Shown: positions 39,600 to 49,198 of the stretch, piece after piece
Numbering within the stretch: the first letter of the stretch is position 1
How the letters are laid out: the number at the start of each line of letters is the position of its first letter
DNA from: Bacteroides sp.
GTDB lineage: Bacteria; Bacteroidota; Bacteroidia; Bacteroidales; Bacteroidaceae
DNA: 64,000 nt
Reading direction: 5' to 3'
Assembly: GCA_036724805.1 (NCBI GenBank)
Contig: DAIMFE010000006.1
Span: forward strand, 5,579 to 69,578
Translations under genes and position numbers: made by a program
The notes under the pieces: generated by a model
What the model was told of the DNA's origin: nothing
The model's database searches: none
Seen by the model: the letters and a program-made list of their open reading frames with translations, nothing else

Positions 39600-40352
39600 A
39601 TGTTAGCAAAAAGAATAATTCCCTGCCTCGATATAAAAGATGGGCAAACAGTAAAAGGAACTAATTTCGTTAATCTGCGTCATGCGGGTGATCCGATTGA
39701 ACTTGCCGGAGCATATAGCGAGCAAGGTGCCGATGAGCTTGTGTTTCTGGATATTACCGCCAGTTACGAAGGGCGGAAAACATTTACCGAGCTTGTAACG
39801 CGCATTGCTGCTAATATAAGTATTCCATTTACTGTTGGTGGTGGAATCAACGAGCTAAATGATATAGACCGTCTTCTAAATGCCGGAGCCGATAAAGTTT
39901 CTATTAATTCTGCTGCCATGCGTAATCCTCAATTAATTGATGATATTGCCAAGCATTTCGGATCGCAAGTTTGTGTGTTGGCAATAGATGCTAAACAAAC
40001 AGATTCGGGCTGGAAATGCTATTTGAACGGCGGTCGTGTTGAAACAGAAAAAGAATTATTTAGCTGGGCAAAAGAAGCGCAAGAACGGGGTGCCGGAGAA
40101 ATATTATTCACCAGCATGGATCATGACGGAGTGAAAACAGGATACGCAAATAACGCGCTGGCAAAGCTTTCCGAAGAATTAACCATACCCATTATAGCTT
40201 CCGGCGGCGCCGGTAAAAAGGAACATTTTCTGGATGTTTTTACTACCGGAAAGGCAGATGCTGCACTGGCTGCCAGCGTTTTTCATTTTGGTGAAATAAA
40301 AATTCCCGAATTAAAATCGTATCTTTGCGCAAAAGGAATAAATGTAAGATAA
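39600..40352 (+). CDS. hisF: IGP synthase cyclase subunit
   Basis: [32 protein letters not shown]. Confidence 0.97.
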   Translation: MLAKRIIPCLDIKDGQTVKGTNFVNLRHAGDPIELAGAYSEQGADELVFLDITASYEGRKTFTELVTRIAANISIPFTVGGGINELNDIDRLLNAGADKVSINSAAMRNPQLIDDIAKHFGSQVCVLAIDAKQTDSGWKCYLNGGRVETEKELFSWAKEAQERGAGEILFTSMDHDGVKTGYANNALAKLSEELTIPIIASGGAGKKEHFLDVFTTGKADAALAASVFHFGEIKIPELKSYLCAKGINVR

Positions 40353-40360
40353 TTTAGGCT

Positions 40361-40423
40361 TTTAAGTTTATAGTTTTAAATTTAAACTCAAAAACTATAA
40401 ACTTATAAACTCAAAAACTTAAA
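40361..40423. repeat. AAACTYAW-type 7-8-mer repeat hairpin between hisF and hisIE
   Basis: 15-bp stem taagtttatagtttt (40363-77)/aaaactataaactta (40391-405); related units at 38821-38850. Confidence 0.7.
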
Positions 40424-40424
40424 T

Positions 40425-41030
40425 ATGGATTTCGATAAAATGAACGGATTAATTCCGGCAATCATACAAGATAATACCACCAATAAAGTGTTGATGTTGG
40501 GCTATATGAATAAAGAAGCCTATGATAAAACACTTGAAACAGGTAAAGTAACTTTCTTTAGCAGAACAAAGAACCGTTTGTGGACAAAAGGCGAGGAGAG
40601 TGGCAACTTCCTGAACGTTGTATCTGTACTATCAGATTGCGATGATGATACGTTATTAATTAAAGTTGATCCGGTTGGACCTGTTTGTCATACAGGAACC
40701 GATACTTGTTGGGGCGAGAAAAACGAAGAAGACATCATGTTTCTGAAACATTTGCAGGACTTTATCGTTAAACGTCATGAAGAGTTGCCGGAGGGTTCTT
40801 ACACTACAAGTTTATTCCAGTCGGGCGTTAATCGTATGGCACAAAAGGTAGGTGAGGAAGCCGTTGAAATGATTATCGAGGCAACCAACGGAACGGGCGA
40901 AAGAATGATATACGAGGGTTCGGATATGATTTACCATCTTGTTGTATTGTTAACATCCAAAGGATACCGGATAGAAGATTTAGTAAGAGAGTTGAAAGTT
41001 AGGCATAGTGATTCATGGAAGAAACATTGA
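40425..41030 (+). CDS. hisIE: Phosphoribosyl-AMP cyclohydrolase/phosphoribosyl-ATP pyrophosphatase
   Basis: LWTKGEESGN, DCDDDTLL, CHTGTDTC, KVGEEAVE. Confidence 0.96.
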   Translation: MDFDKMNGLIPAIIQDNTTNKVLMLGYMNKEAYDKTLETGKVTFFSRTKNRLWTKGEESGNFLNVVSVLSDCDDDTLLIKVDPVGPVCHTGTDTCWGEKNEEDIMFLKHLQDFIVKRHEELPEGSYTTSLFQSGVNRMAQKVGEEAVEMIIEATNGTGERMIYEGSDMIYHLVVLLTSKGYRIEDLVRELKVRHSDSWKKH

Positions 41031-41737
41031 TTCGATATAGAGATGTAGAAATAAATCAGGAGGAACATTGCGTTCTGAGTGGTGTAAACTTACAGTTACG
41101 CAAAGGCGAATTCGTTTATTTAATAGGAAAAGTTGGGTCGGGAAAAACAACCTTGCTTAAAACCTTTTATGGAGAGTTAGACATCAGAAAAGGTGAAGCT
41201 GAGGTGTTAGGATTTAACATGAGGCCGATAAAGCAAAAAAATGTTCCTAAGTTACGGAGAAGACTGGGAATTGTATTTCAGGATTTTCAGTTATTAACCG
41301 ATCGCACAATAAATGATAACTTGTATTTTGTGTTACAGGCAACCGGGTGGAAAAACAAGAAATTGATGAAGGAACGCATTGTTGATGTATTAACACAGGT
41401 GGGTATGGAAACTAAAGGATACAAGATGCCTAATGAACTATCAGGCGGCGAACAGCAACGTATTGTTATTGCCAGGGCTATGTTAAACTCTCCTGAAATA
41501 ATTCTTGCCGATGAACCAACGGGTAATCTCGATGTAGAAACCAGCCGCCAAATAACCGCGCTATTACATACTATTTGTCTTACGGGTGCTTCTGTTATTA
41601 TGTCTACCCATAACCTGGCATTGGTAAAAAGATTCCCAGGACGGGTTCTACGTTGTGAAGGACATCGGATTATTGATGTAACGGATGATTTCCAAAAAAG
41701 TTTTGGACCTACACAAGGAGGATTTATATTGAGTTGA
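41015..41737 (+). CDS. ftsE: FtsE-like ABC ATPase
   Basis: GKVGSGKT, LRRRLGIVFQDFQLL, LSGGEQQR, ADEPTGNLD. Confidence 0.8.
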   Translation: MEETLIRYRDVEINQEEHCVLSGVNLQLRKGEFVYLIGKVGSGKTTLLKTFYGELDIRKGEAEVLGFNMRPIKQKNVPKLRRRLGIVFQDFQLLTDRTINDNLYFVLQATGWKNKKLMKERIVDVLTQVGMETKGYKMPNELSGGEQQRIVIARAMLNSPEIILADEPTGNLDVETSRQITALLHTICLTGASVIMSTHNLALVKRFPGRVLRCEGHRIIDVTDDFQKSFGPTQGGFILS

Positions 41738-41739
41738 GG

Positions 41740-41926
41740 GAGGTAAAGTGAGGTAAAGGAGGTAAAGGAGGTAAAGGAGGTAAAGGTAATAAAGGAGGTA
41801 AAGTGAGGTAAAGGAGGTAAAGGAGATAAAGAAGTCATTAATAACAAGTAAAGATAAAGTTATTGTCAGTCAACTACTTTATCTACTTTATTACCTTTAT
41901 CTACTTTATTACCTTTTATTACCCCT
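41740..41926. repeat. 9-mer tandem repeat (GAGGTAAAG x10) followed by a complementary arm (CTTTATCTA/CTTTATTAC x5)
   Basis: Directly visible at 41740-41831 and 41877-41922. Confidence 0.9.
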
Positions 41927-41968
41927 TCCTTCTTTCCCCTAAATAATTAATCAAATAAACTAACGAAA

Positions 41969-43285
41969 ATGAAAGTTTTAAAGTTTGGAGGAACTTCTGT
42001 TGGTTCGGCTCAAAGAATGAAAGAAGTAGCTGCATTAATAACCAATGGTGATAGAAAAATAGTAGTTCTTTCAGCTATGTCGGGAACTACCAACTCATTG
42101 GTGGAAATTTCGGACTATCTTTATAAAAAGAATCCGGACGGGGCGAATGAAATAATCAACAAGCTGGAAAAGAAATATAAACAGCATGTTGATGAACTAT
42201 ATGCAACCAATGAATATAAACAGAAAGGTTTGGACGTTATAAAATCTCATTTCAATTATATCCGTTCTTTTACAAAAGATCTGTTTACTTTGTTCGAAGA
42301 AAAAGTAATTCTGGCTCAAGGAGAATTGATCTCTACCACAATGATAAATTACTATTTGCAGGAGTGTGGAGTGAAATCTGTATTGCTTCCCGCGTTAGAT
42401 TATATGCGGACAGACAAGAACGCTGAACCCGACCCAATATATATTAAGGAAAAACTGCATGCCCAGTTAGAACTGCATCCCGATGCGGATATTTACATCA
42501 CTCAAGGGTTTATATGCCGCAATGCTTACGGCGAGGTTGATAACCTGCAAAGAGGCGGAAGCGACTATACCGCATCACTTATAGGAGCTGTAATTAACGC
42601 ATCGGAAATTCAGATATGGACCGATATTGATGGTATGCACAATAACGATCCGCGCATTGTTGAAAAAACATCCCCGGTGCGACAGTTACATTTCGAAGAA
42701 GCAGCAGAGTTGGCCTACTTTGGAGCAAAGATATTGCACCCAACCTGTATACAGCCGGCTAAGTATGCTAATATTCCGGTGCGTTTATTGAATACAATGG
42801 ATCCAACAGCTTCGGGAACATTGATTTCTAACGAAACAGAGAAGGGGAAGATTAAAGCAGTGGCTGCAAAAGGAGGTATTACGGCTATCAAAATTAAATC
42901 AAGCCGAATGTTGTTGGCTCACGGATTCTTACGCAAAGTATTCGAAATCTTTGAAAGCTATCAAACCTCAATCGATATGATTTGTACTTCGGAAGTTGGC
43001 GTATCTGTAACAATTGATAATACCCGCCATCTGAATGAAATTCTTGACGATCTTAAGAAGTACGGAACCGTAACTGTTGATGGCGAAATGTGTATTATTT
43101 GCGTAGTGGGAGATTTAGACTGGGAAAACGTTGGCTTTGAAGCAAGGGTAGTTCATGCCATGAAAAATATTCCCGTTCGTATGATATCTTACGGAGGTAG
43201 TAATTACAATATTTCTCTTCTCATTAAAGAAGCTGATAAAAAGACAACTTTACAATCGCTAAGTCATGTTCTTTTCAATGAATAA
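41969..43285 (+). CDS. lysC: Aspartate kinase
   Basis: KFGGTSVG, RGGSDYTA, ELAYFGAKILHP, ACT domains. Confidence 0.95.
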   Translation: MKVLKFGGTSVGSAQRMKEVAALITNGDRKIVVLSAMSGTTNSLVEISDYLYKKNPDGANEIINKLEKKYKQHVDELYATNEYKQKGLDVIKSHFNYIRSFTKDLFTLFEEKVILAQGELISTTMINYYLQECGVKSVLLPALDYMRTDKNAEPDPIYIKEKLHAQLELHPDADIYITQGFICRNAYGEVDNLQRGGSDYTASLIGAVINASEIQIWTDIDGMHNNDPRIVEKTSPVRQLHFEEAAELAYFGAKILHPTCIQPAKYANIPVRLLNTMDPTASGTLISNETEKGKIKAVAAKGGITAIKIKSSRMLLAHGFLRKVFEIFESYQTSIDMICTSEVGVSVTIDNTRHLNEILDDLKKYGTVTVDGEMCIICVVGDLDWENVGFEARVVHAMKNIPVRMISYGGSNYNISLLIKEADKKTTLQSLSHVLFNE

Positions 43286-43293
43286 GAATAATT

Positions 43294-44454
43294 ATGAAAG
43301 GTAAATTTCCAATTGATAAATTCCGGGAGCTGCAAACTCCATTTTATTATTACGATACCAAATTACTTCGTGATACATTAAACTGTATAAAGCGGGAAAT
43401 CGGTAAATATGATAACTATTGTGTTCACTATGCAGTAAAAGCAAATGCCAATCATAAAATTTTATCTATTATTCGTGAAGCAGGTTTAGGAACCGATTGC
43501 GTAAGTGGTGGCGAGATTAAAGCATCTATTAAAGCCGGAGTTCCCGCCGACAAAATAGTATTTGCCGGTGTTGGTAAGGCCGACTGGGAAATCAATCTGG
43601 GATTAAAATATGATATTTTTTGCTTTAATGTAGAATCTATTCCCGAACTGGAAGTTATTAATGAACTTGCAGCAGCACAAGGTAAGGTGGCTAATATAGC
43701 TTTACGTATCAATCCGAATGTTGGTGCCCATACCCATAAAAACATAACTACCGGACTGGCAGAAAACAAGTTTGGAATTAGTATGGACGATATGGAAAAC
43801 GTTATTGACGTTGCGTTGCAAATGAAAAACGTTAAGTTCCTCGGACTGCATTTTCATATTGGTTCTCAAATTCTCGATATAAGCGATTTTGTAGCGCTTT
43901 GCAACAGGGTAAACGAATTGCAGGAACGACTGTATAAACGCCAGATCATTGTTGATCATATCAACGTGGGCGGAGGATTGGGCATTGATTATGAACATCC
44001 TAACCGGCAGGCGATACCCGATTTCGCATCTTACTTTGCAGCATATTCACAGCACCTTAAACTTCGTCCCAAGCAAAAATTGCATTTTGAATTAGGGCGT
44101 TCAATAACCGGGCAGTGCGGAAGCTTAATCAGCAAGGTGCTGTATGTAAAGCAAGGAGCCAATAAACAATTCGCTATTCTTGATGCGGGCATGACAGATT
44201 TAATCCGCCCGGCATTGTATCAGGCATACCATAAAATGGAGAATATTACATCCGAGGAACCTACGGAAACCTATGATGTTGTAGGGCCTATCTGCGAATC
44301 TTCTGATGTGTTTGGTAAAGCAATCGACCTGAATAAAGCAAGAAGAGGTGATTTGATCGCATTGCGTTCTGCCGGAGCGTATGGTGAAATTATGGCATTC
44401 TCCTATAATTGCCGGGAAATACCAAGGGCATATACTGTGGAAGATCTGATTTGA
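43294..44454 (+). CDS. lysA: Diaminopimelate decarboxylase
   Basis: YAVKAN, HFHIGSQ, GPICESSD, AGAYG. Confidence 0.95.
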   Translation: MKGKFPIDKFRELQTPFYYYDTKLLRDTLNCIKREIGKYDNYCVHYAVKANANHKILSIIREAGLGTDCVSGGEIKASIKAGVPADKIVFAGVGKADWEINLGLKYDIFCFNVESIPELEVINELAAAQGKVANIALRINPNVGAHTHKNITTGLAENKFGISMDDMENVIDVALQMKNVKFLGLHFHIGSQILDISDFVALCNRVNELQERLYKRQIIVDHINVGGGLGIDYEHPNRQAIPDFASYFAAYSQHLKLRPKQKLHFELGRSITGQCGSLISKVLYVKQGANKQFAILDAGMTDLIRPALYQAYHKMENITSEEPTETYDVVGPICESSDVFGKAIDLNKARRGDLIALRSAGAYGEIMAFSYNCREIPRAYTVEDLI

Positions 44455-44464
44455 TTTTTCAATA

Positions 44465-44974
44465 ATGGCAAACATAACGTTAATAACAGGTGGCGCCCGT
44501 TCCGGGAAGAGCAGTTACGCGGAAAAACTTGCTTTATCATGTGCAAACAATCCTGTTTACCTGGCAACATCTCGTATATGGGATGAAGACTTTCGGCAAA
44601 GAGTACTCAAACATCGGGCAGGGCGGGGGCCGCAATGGACAAACATAGAAGAAGAAAAAGAACTTAGCCGTCACCAACTTCCCGGAAGGGTAGTATTAAT
44701 AGATTGTGTTACCCTCTGGTGTACAAACTTCTTCTTTGATTCCAACTCAAATATTGATAATTCACTGGAAGCAATAAAAAAAGAATTTGATGCATTTACC
44801 CGTCAGGATGCCCATTTTATATTTGTAACCAACGAAATAGGAATGGGGGGCACATCGGAGAATGAAATACAAAGGAAGTTTGCGGATTTGCAGGGCTGGG
44901 TAAATCAATATATTGCAGCCAAAGCCAATGAGGTTGTTTTAATGGTATCGGGGATTCCACTTAAAATAAAATAG
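44465..44974 (+). CDS. cobU: Adenosylcobinamide kinase/phosphate guanylyltransferase
   Basis: [27 protein letters not shown]. Confidence 0.94.
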   Translation: MANITLITGGARSGKSSYAEKLALSCANNPVYLATSRIWDEDFRQRVLKHRAGRGPQWTNIEEEKELSRHQLPGRVVLIDCVTLWCTNFFFDSNSNIDNSLEAIKKEFDAFTRQDAHFIFVTNEIGMGGTSENEIQRKFADLQGWVNQYIAAKANEVVLMVSGIPLKIK

Positions 44975-44975
44975 C

Positions 44976-46013
44976 ATGAAAACATTCCGGATAGAAAAGC
45001 CCGATGAGAGCATCCGCGAAAAGCTGATTGACAAGATCGATAACCTAACAAAGCCAAAAGGTTCGTTGGGAATATTAGAAGAAGTGGCACTCCAAATCGG
45101 CATGATACAACAAAGCCTTAATCCCTGTCTAAACAATCCTCAGAATATAGTCTTTGCAGCCGATCATGGAATTGTAGAAGAAAAAGTCAGCTTATCGCCA
45201 AAAGAAGTAACCTGGCAACAATGCATCCACTTCTTAACAGGAAATGGCGGAGTAAATTTTCTCTGTCGCCAGCATGGGTTTAAGCTGAAAGTAGTCGATG
45301 CAGGAGTAGATTACACCTTTCCGCAAGAATTAGGGGTATACGATAAGAAGATATGCAGAGGTACCCGTAATTATCTCCATGAGCCGGCCATGACCCGGGC
45401 AGAGATGGAACAAGCCATCAGCCATGGAGCCGATATAGTGAAACAGTGTTTTGAGGAAGGCAGTAACGTTTTAAGCTTCGGTGAGATGGGAATCGCAAAC
45501 ACTTCATCTTCCTCGTTATGGATGACTTACTTAACCGGTATCCCTTTAGATAAATGTGTTGGTGCAGGCAGCGGATTGGATAGCGAAGGAGTAAAACACA
45601 AATATAATGTGTTGAAAAAAGCGATGGACAACTATTCCGGTGAAGCCTCTTTGTTGGATATACTATCTTATTTTGGTGGATTAGAAATGATGATGGCCGT
45701 TGGCGGAATGCTTCGGGCGGCCGAACTCAAAATAACAATATTGGTAGATGGATTCATTATGACCAACTGCATGCTGGCAGCCTCACGCTTATACCCGGAA
45801 GTGCTGAATTATGCCATCTTCGGACACCGGGGAGATGAAGCCGGTCATAAGCTCCTTCTGGATTATCTGAAAGTAAAACCTTTGCTCAATCTGGGTTTGC
45901 GATTGGGCGAAGGAACAGGTGCCATCTGCGCCTATCCCATTATAGATTCGGCTGTACGGATGATAAACGAAATGGATAGCTTCCATAAAGGAGAAGTTAC
46001 CAAATACTTTTGA
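44976..46013 (+). CDS. cobT: Nicotinate-nucleotide:DMB phosphoribosyltransferase
   Basis: [31 protein letters not shown]. Confidence 0.95.
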   Translation: MKTFRIEKPDESIREKLIDKIDNLTKPKGSLGILEEVALQIGMIQQSLNPCLNNPQNIVFAADHGIVEEKVSLSPKEVTWQQCIHFLTGNGGVNFLCRQHGFKLKVVDAGVDYTFPQELGVYDKKICRGTRNYLHEPAMTRAEMEQAISHGADIVKQCFEEGSNVLSFGEMGIANTSSSSLWMTYLTGIPLDKCVGAGSGLDSEGVKHKYNVLKKAMDNYSGEASLLDILSYFGGLEMMMAVGGMLRAAELKITILVDGFIMTNCMLAASRLYPEVLNYAIFGHRGDEAGHKLLLDYLKVKPLLNLGLRLGEGTGAICAYPIIDSAVRMINEMDSFHKGEVTKYF

Positions 46014-46016
46014 CCA

Positions 46017-46766
46017 ATGAATATTCTGGCAGCCTTTATATTCTTTACCCGATTTCCCTTTTGGCGGATCAAAGAAGTTCCCGCGAAACATTTTAAGAAT
46101 GTTGTAAGTTATTGGCCATTGGTGGGCTGGCTCACAGGTGGTTCAACAGCATTAATTCTGTGGTTAGCAGCCATGATACTGCCTAACCATGTAGCAGTAA
46201 TAGTAGCGATTGTTTGGCGATTATTCATTACCGGAGCACTGCACGAAGATGGTTTGGCCGATTTCTTCGATGGATTTGGGGGCGGTACCACCCGCGAAAG
46301 AATATTGAGCATAATGAAAGACGCTCACATGGGCAGTTATGGGGTATTGGCATTAATCATGTATTTCCTATTGCTGTACTCGTTGTTGATTTCAATTCTT
46401 TTACCGATAACCGCCTGTGTTATAATCGCGGGAGATGTATGGTCGAAATTTATTGCGGCACAATTGCCCAATGTTCTGCCGTATGCTCGTAAGGAAGAAG
46501 ACAGCAAAGCAAAGACTGTATATAATCGGATGAGTGCGGTTGTTTGGATACGTACATTTATTTTCGGAGTAACACCGCTGTTGGCCCTTCTTTCTCCTAA
46601 ATATTGGCTGGCTGCGTTGATTCCGGTCATCGTTTTTTATGTGCTATATGCACTCATGAATAAGCGTATTCAAGGGTATTCAGGCGATTGTTGCGGTGCG
46701 ACATTCCTTTTATGCGAATTGTCTTTTTATCTGGGAATCGTTATACTTACTACTATTTCTATATGA
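46017..46766 (+). CDS. cobS: Cobalamin synthase
   Basis: TGALHEDGLADFFDG, IMKD..MGSYG, GYSGDCCGA. Confidence 0.94.
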   Translation: MNILAAFIFFTRFPFWRIKEVPAKHFKNVVSYWPLVGWLTGGSTALILWLAAMILPNHVAVIVAIVWRLFITGALHEDGLADFFDGFGGGTTRERILSIMKDAHMGSYGVLALIMYFLLLYSLLISILLPITACVIIAGDVWSKFIAAQLPNVLPYARKEEDSKAKTVYNRMSAVVWIRTFIFGVTPLLALLSPKYWLAALIPVIVFYVLYALMNKRIQGYSGDCCGATFLLCELSFYLGIVILTTISI

Positions 46767-47290
46767 TTATAACATTAATTCGGCATACTTCTGTAGATGT
46801 TCCTCAAGGAACTTGTTATGGACAAACGGATGTACCTTTAAAAGATTCTTTTCCGGAAGAAGCCGCTATAACCAAAAGCAAAATAGCCCGCCAAAAGTTT
46901 GATGTTGTTTATACCAGTCCGCTTTCTCGTTGTGTTAAATTGGCAGATTATTGCGGTTATACAAATGCTATCCGTGATAACAGAATCATGGAACTTAACT
47001 TTGGTGAATGGGAAATGCAGCATTTCGATAATATAACCGATCCCCGATTGCAGGAGTGGTTCGATGATTATATAAATATTCCCGCGGCCGGTGGCGAATC
47101 TTTTAGGATACAGTTAGAGCGCGTATCGGCTTTTCTGGATGAATTGAAAGAAAAGGATTATTCGCAAGTAGCGGTGTTTGCTCATGGCGGGGTGCTTGTT
47201 TGCGCGCAGGTTTATGCAGGAATCCTTAAAGTAGAAGAGGCATTTACTGCGTTAACACCGTATGGAGGGATAGTAAGAATAGAAATATAA
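46763..47290 (+). CDS. cobC: Alpha-ribazole phosphatase (histidine phosphatase)
   Basis: ATG 46763 overlaps the cobS stop (ATGA); LIRHT, SPLSRC, ELNFGEWE, AHGG. Confidence 0.88.
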   Translation: MIITLIRHTSVDVPQGTCYGQTDVPLKDSFPEEAAITKSKIARQKFDVVYTSPLSRCVKLADYCGYTNAIRDNRIMELNFGEWEMQHFDNITDPRLQEWFDDYINIPAAGGESFRIQLERVSAFLDELKEKDYSQVAVFAHGGVLVCAQVYAGILKVEEAFTALTPYGGIVRIEI

Positions 47291-48194
47291 TCTCCGCAAC
47301 CCGATTAATTCGAATTGCTATTCTCATATCCGCCGTTGTGAGCACCCGTTTATTCTCCCCGATATAAGGCTTATGCACCCTCTTGCCGAAATAATTATGA
47401 GGCCCACCGAAGCGGCAATTCAATATCCCCGCCAATGCAGCTTCCGGATATCCTGAATTAGGACTGGCATGTTGATTTCCATACTTGCCAACGAAACTCA
47501 ACAACTTTAACCTGCCGCAAGCCAGAATCATAAGCAATGCGGTGACCCGCGCGGGAATATAATTTGCCACATCATCAATCTTCGCAGCCATCCAACCGAA
47601 TAAAAGATATCGCTCATTCTTATACCCAATCATGGAATCAAGCGTATTAATCATTTTATAGGCCAACATTCCCGGAACACCTAAAAGTAAATACCAGAAC
47701 AAAGGCGCGATCACCCCGTCACTTAGATTTTCTGCCAATGTTTCCAGGGCTGCCGTTCGAACTTCCTGGGCTGATAATTCCGAAGTATCACGACCCACAA
47801 TGCGGGCTACCTGTGTTCTACCTTCTTCTAAAGAGCGATCTGTAGCTTCAAATACCATACAGACTTCACGGATAAGTGTGGTTCCGGCCAGACAATAAAA
47901 CACCAGTATAGTGGCTACTCCCACATATAACCATGGAGATAGTGTATAAAGAAGCCATAAGATGAGAAAAGAAAAAACAAAAACAATCAGGATAAGGCTG
48001 ATGGATAGAAGTGCTCCATTTCTAGCCCTGTGGCTGTTTTTGTTAAATCGGTGCTCGCCCCATGCGATCATCTTTCCAAAGCCTACTACCGGATGGGGCA
48101 ACCGGAGAGGATCGCCGAATATTTTATCCAAGAACCACCCCAGTAGCAATGGAAGTATAAAATGCAAGAGGGGAGTGGTTATAAAGCCAGCCAT
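47244..48194 (-). CDS. cbiB: Adenosylcobinamide-phosphate synthase
   Basis: GDP..LPHPV, IVGRDT, ETLAENLSDGVIAPL, SPNSGYPEAA. Confidence 0.94.
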   Translation of the reverse strand: MAGFITTPLLHFILPLLLGWFLDKIFGDPLRLPHPVVGFGKMIAWGEHRFNKNSHRARNGALLSISLILIVFVFSFLILWLLYTLSPWLYVGVATILVFYCLAGTTLIREVCMVFEATDRSLEEGRTQVARIVGRDTSELSAQEVRTAALETLAENLSDGVIAPLFWYLLLGVPGMLAYKMINTLDSMIGYKNERYLLFGWMAAKIDDVANYIPARVTALLMILACGRLKLLSFVGKYGNQHASPNSGYPEAALAGILNCRFGGPHNYFGKRVHKPYIGENKRVLTTADMRIAIRINRVAEIIFLFLLSLHTVLTQ

Positions 48195-49198
48195 TCTTGT
48201 ATGTATTCAAAAAGTTTATCGTTTTCTTCGGGGCTTTGCGGACAAATACGGAAACTGCTTGTAATTCTTTGAGTAAAATTAGATGCGTCTCGAATGAGGA
48301 AACCATATTTATCGGCCAAATATGCTTTCAATAATCGAGCCTTTCTTTTGGGAGGCAGCGTTGCCAAAAGAATATGTGAATCCGATGGCCATACATAAAT
48401 CTCACTGGTTGACCTAAGCATTGTATGTACTCTTTCACATTCTTGTAAGTAATCAGCCATAGTAATGGTAGAAGGAATACCCTTTTGAAGTATATATAAG
48501 CCGGCTTCAATAGCTAGCTGGTTTACAGACCATGGCATGCGATTGTCTTGTATTTTAGTTACTAACGATTCGTTAGTAACTAAATAACCCAGTCGTAAGC
48601 CCGGAATAGCATATTTTTTTGTCATAGAATGCAACAGTATTACATTGGGAAGAGACACGATCTCTGCCGGCGATAACATCTCTTTAAGTGTAAAGTCTTT
48701 GTAAGACATATCAACGACAAATAATATATTAGGGTGGGCGTGAAACTGTTTCAAAAGCTCATGTTTGCTCTGAGTTACCATTCCTGAAGGGTTATTTGGA
48801 GTACATATCCAAGCCAAATCAACATTCTTGAATCTTGTTAATGATAGATGTGAATATCTAACCCGATGGCCATGCATAACACACGCGTCTTTGTATTCGC
48901 TAAATGCAGGTATAACAACTCTTGAATTGCTTCCTCTGAATGTTTGGGCTACCAGGTAAATAGCCTCGGTTGCCCCATTGGTAACAAGTATATTTGAAGG
49001 AGAAATTTGGTGATGCCTGGCTAATTCCCGTTCCAGTGTGTAAGGTTTCGGTTCGGGGTAATTCCCAATCAGATCCAGTTTTTGGGAAAGGTGTTCTTTC
49101 AATCCGGATAAATCGGCAGCGTAAAACACATTCGAACTAAAGTTGCTTACTATTGGCCTTTTAAAATTGTAAATATCATCGCCATGTCCTTGTATCAT
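48179..49198 (-). CDS. cobD: Threonine-phosphate decarboxylase (PLP)
   Basis: GHGDD, NGATEAIY, PNNPSG, SMTKKYAIPGLRLGY; located between cbiP and cbiB. Confidence 0.88.
   Translation of the reverse strand: MIQGHGDDIYNFKRPIVSNFSSNVFYAADLSGLKEHLSQKLDLIGNYPEPKPYTLERELARHHQISPSNILVTNGATEAIYLVAQTFRGSNSRVVIPAFSEYKDACVMHGHRVRYSHLSLTRFKNVDLAWICTPNNPSGMVTQSKHELLKQFHAHPNILFVVDMSYKDFTLKEMLSPAEIVSLPNVILLHSMTKKYAIPGLRLGYLVTNESLVTKIQDNRMPWSVNQLAIEAGLYILQKGIPSTITMADYLQECERVHTMLRSTSEIYVWPSDSHILLATLPPKRKARLLKAYLADKYGFLIRDASNFTQRITSSFRICPQSPEENDKLFEYIQEWLAL

Noticed and set aside
41015..41737. ftsE-like gene lacking ftsX as a novelty
   Set aside because: hisIE-ftsE-lysC-lysA is, as I recall, the usual Bacteroides arrangement
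41740..41831. Lys-rich attenuator peptide (GAG GTA AAG = EVK repeats) upstream of lysC
   Set aside because: The EVK frame is bounded by stops (TAA 41744, TGA) and has no in-frame start codon
41287..41847. 186-aa minus-strand ORF with FTS repeats
   Set aside because: Antisense shadow of the ftsE-like gene plus the 9-mer repeat
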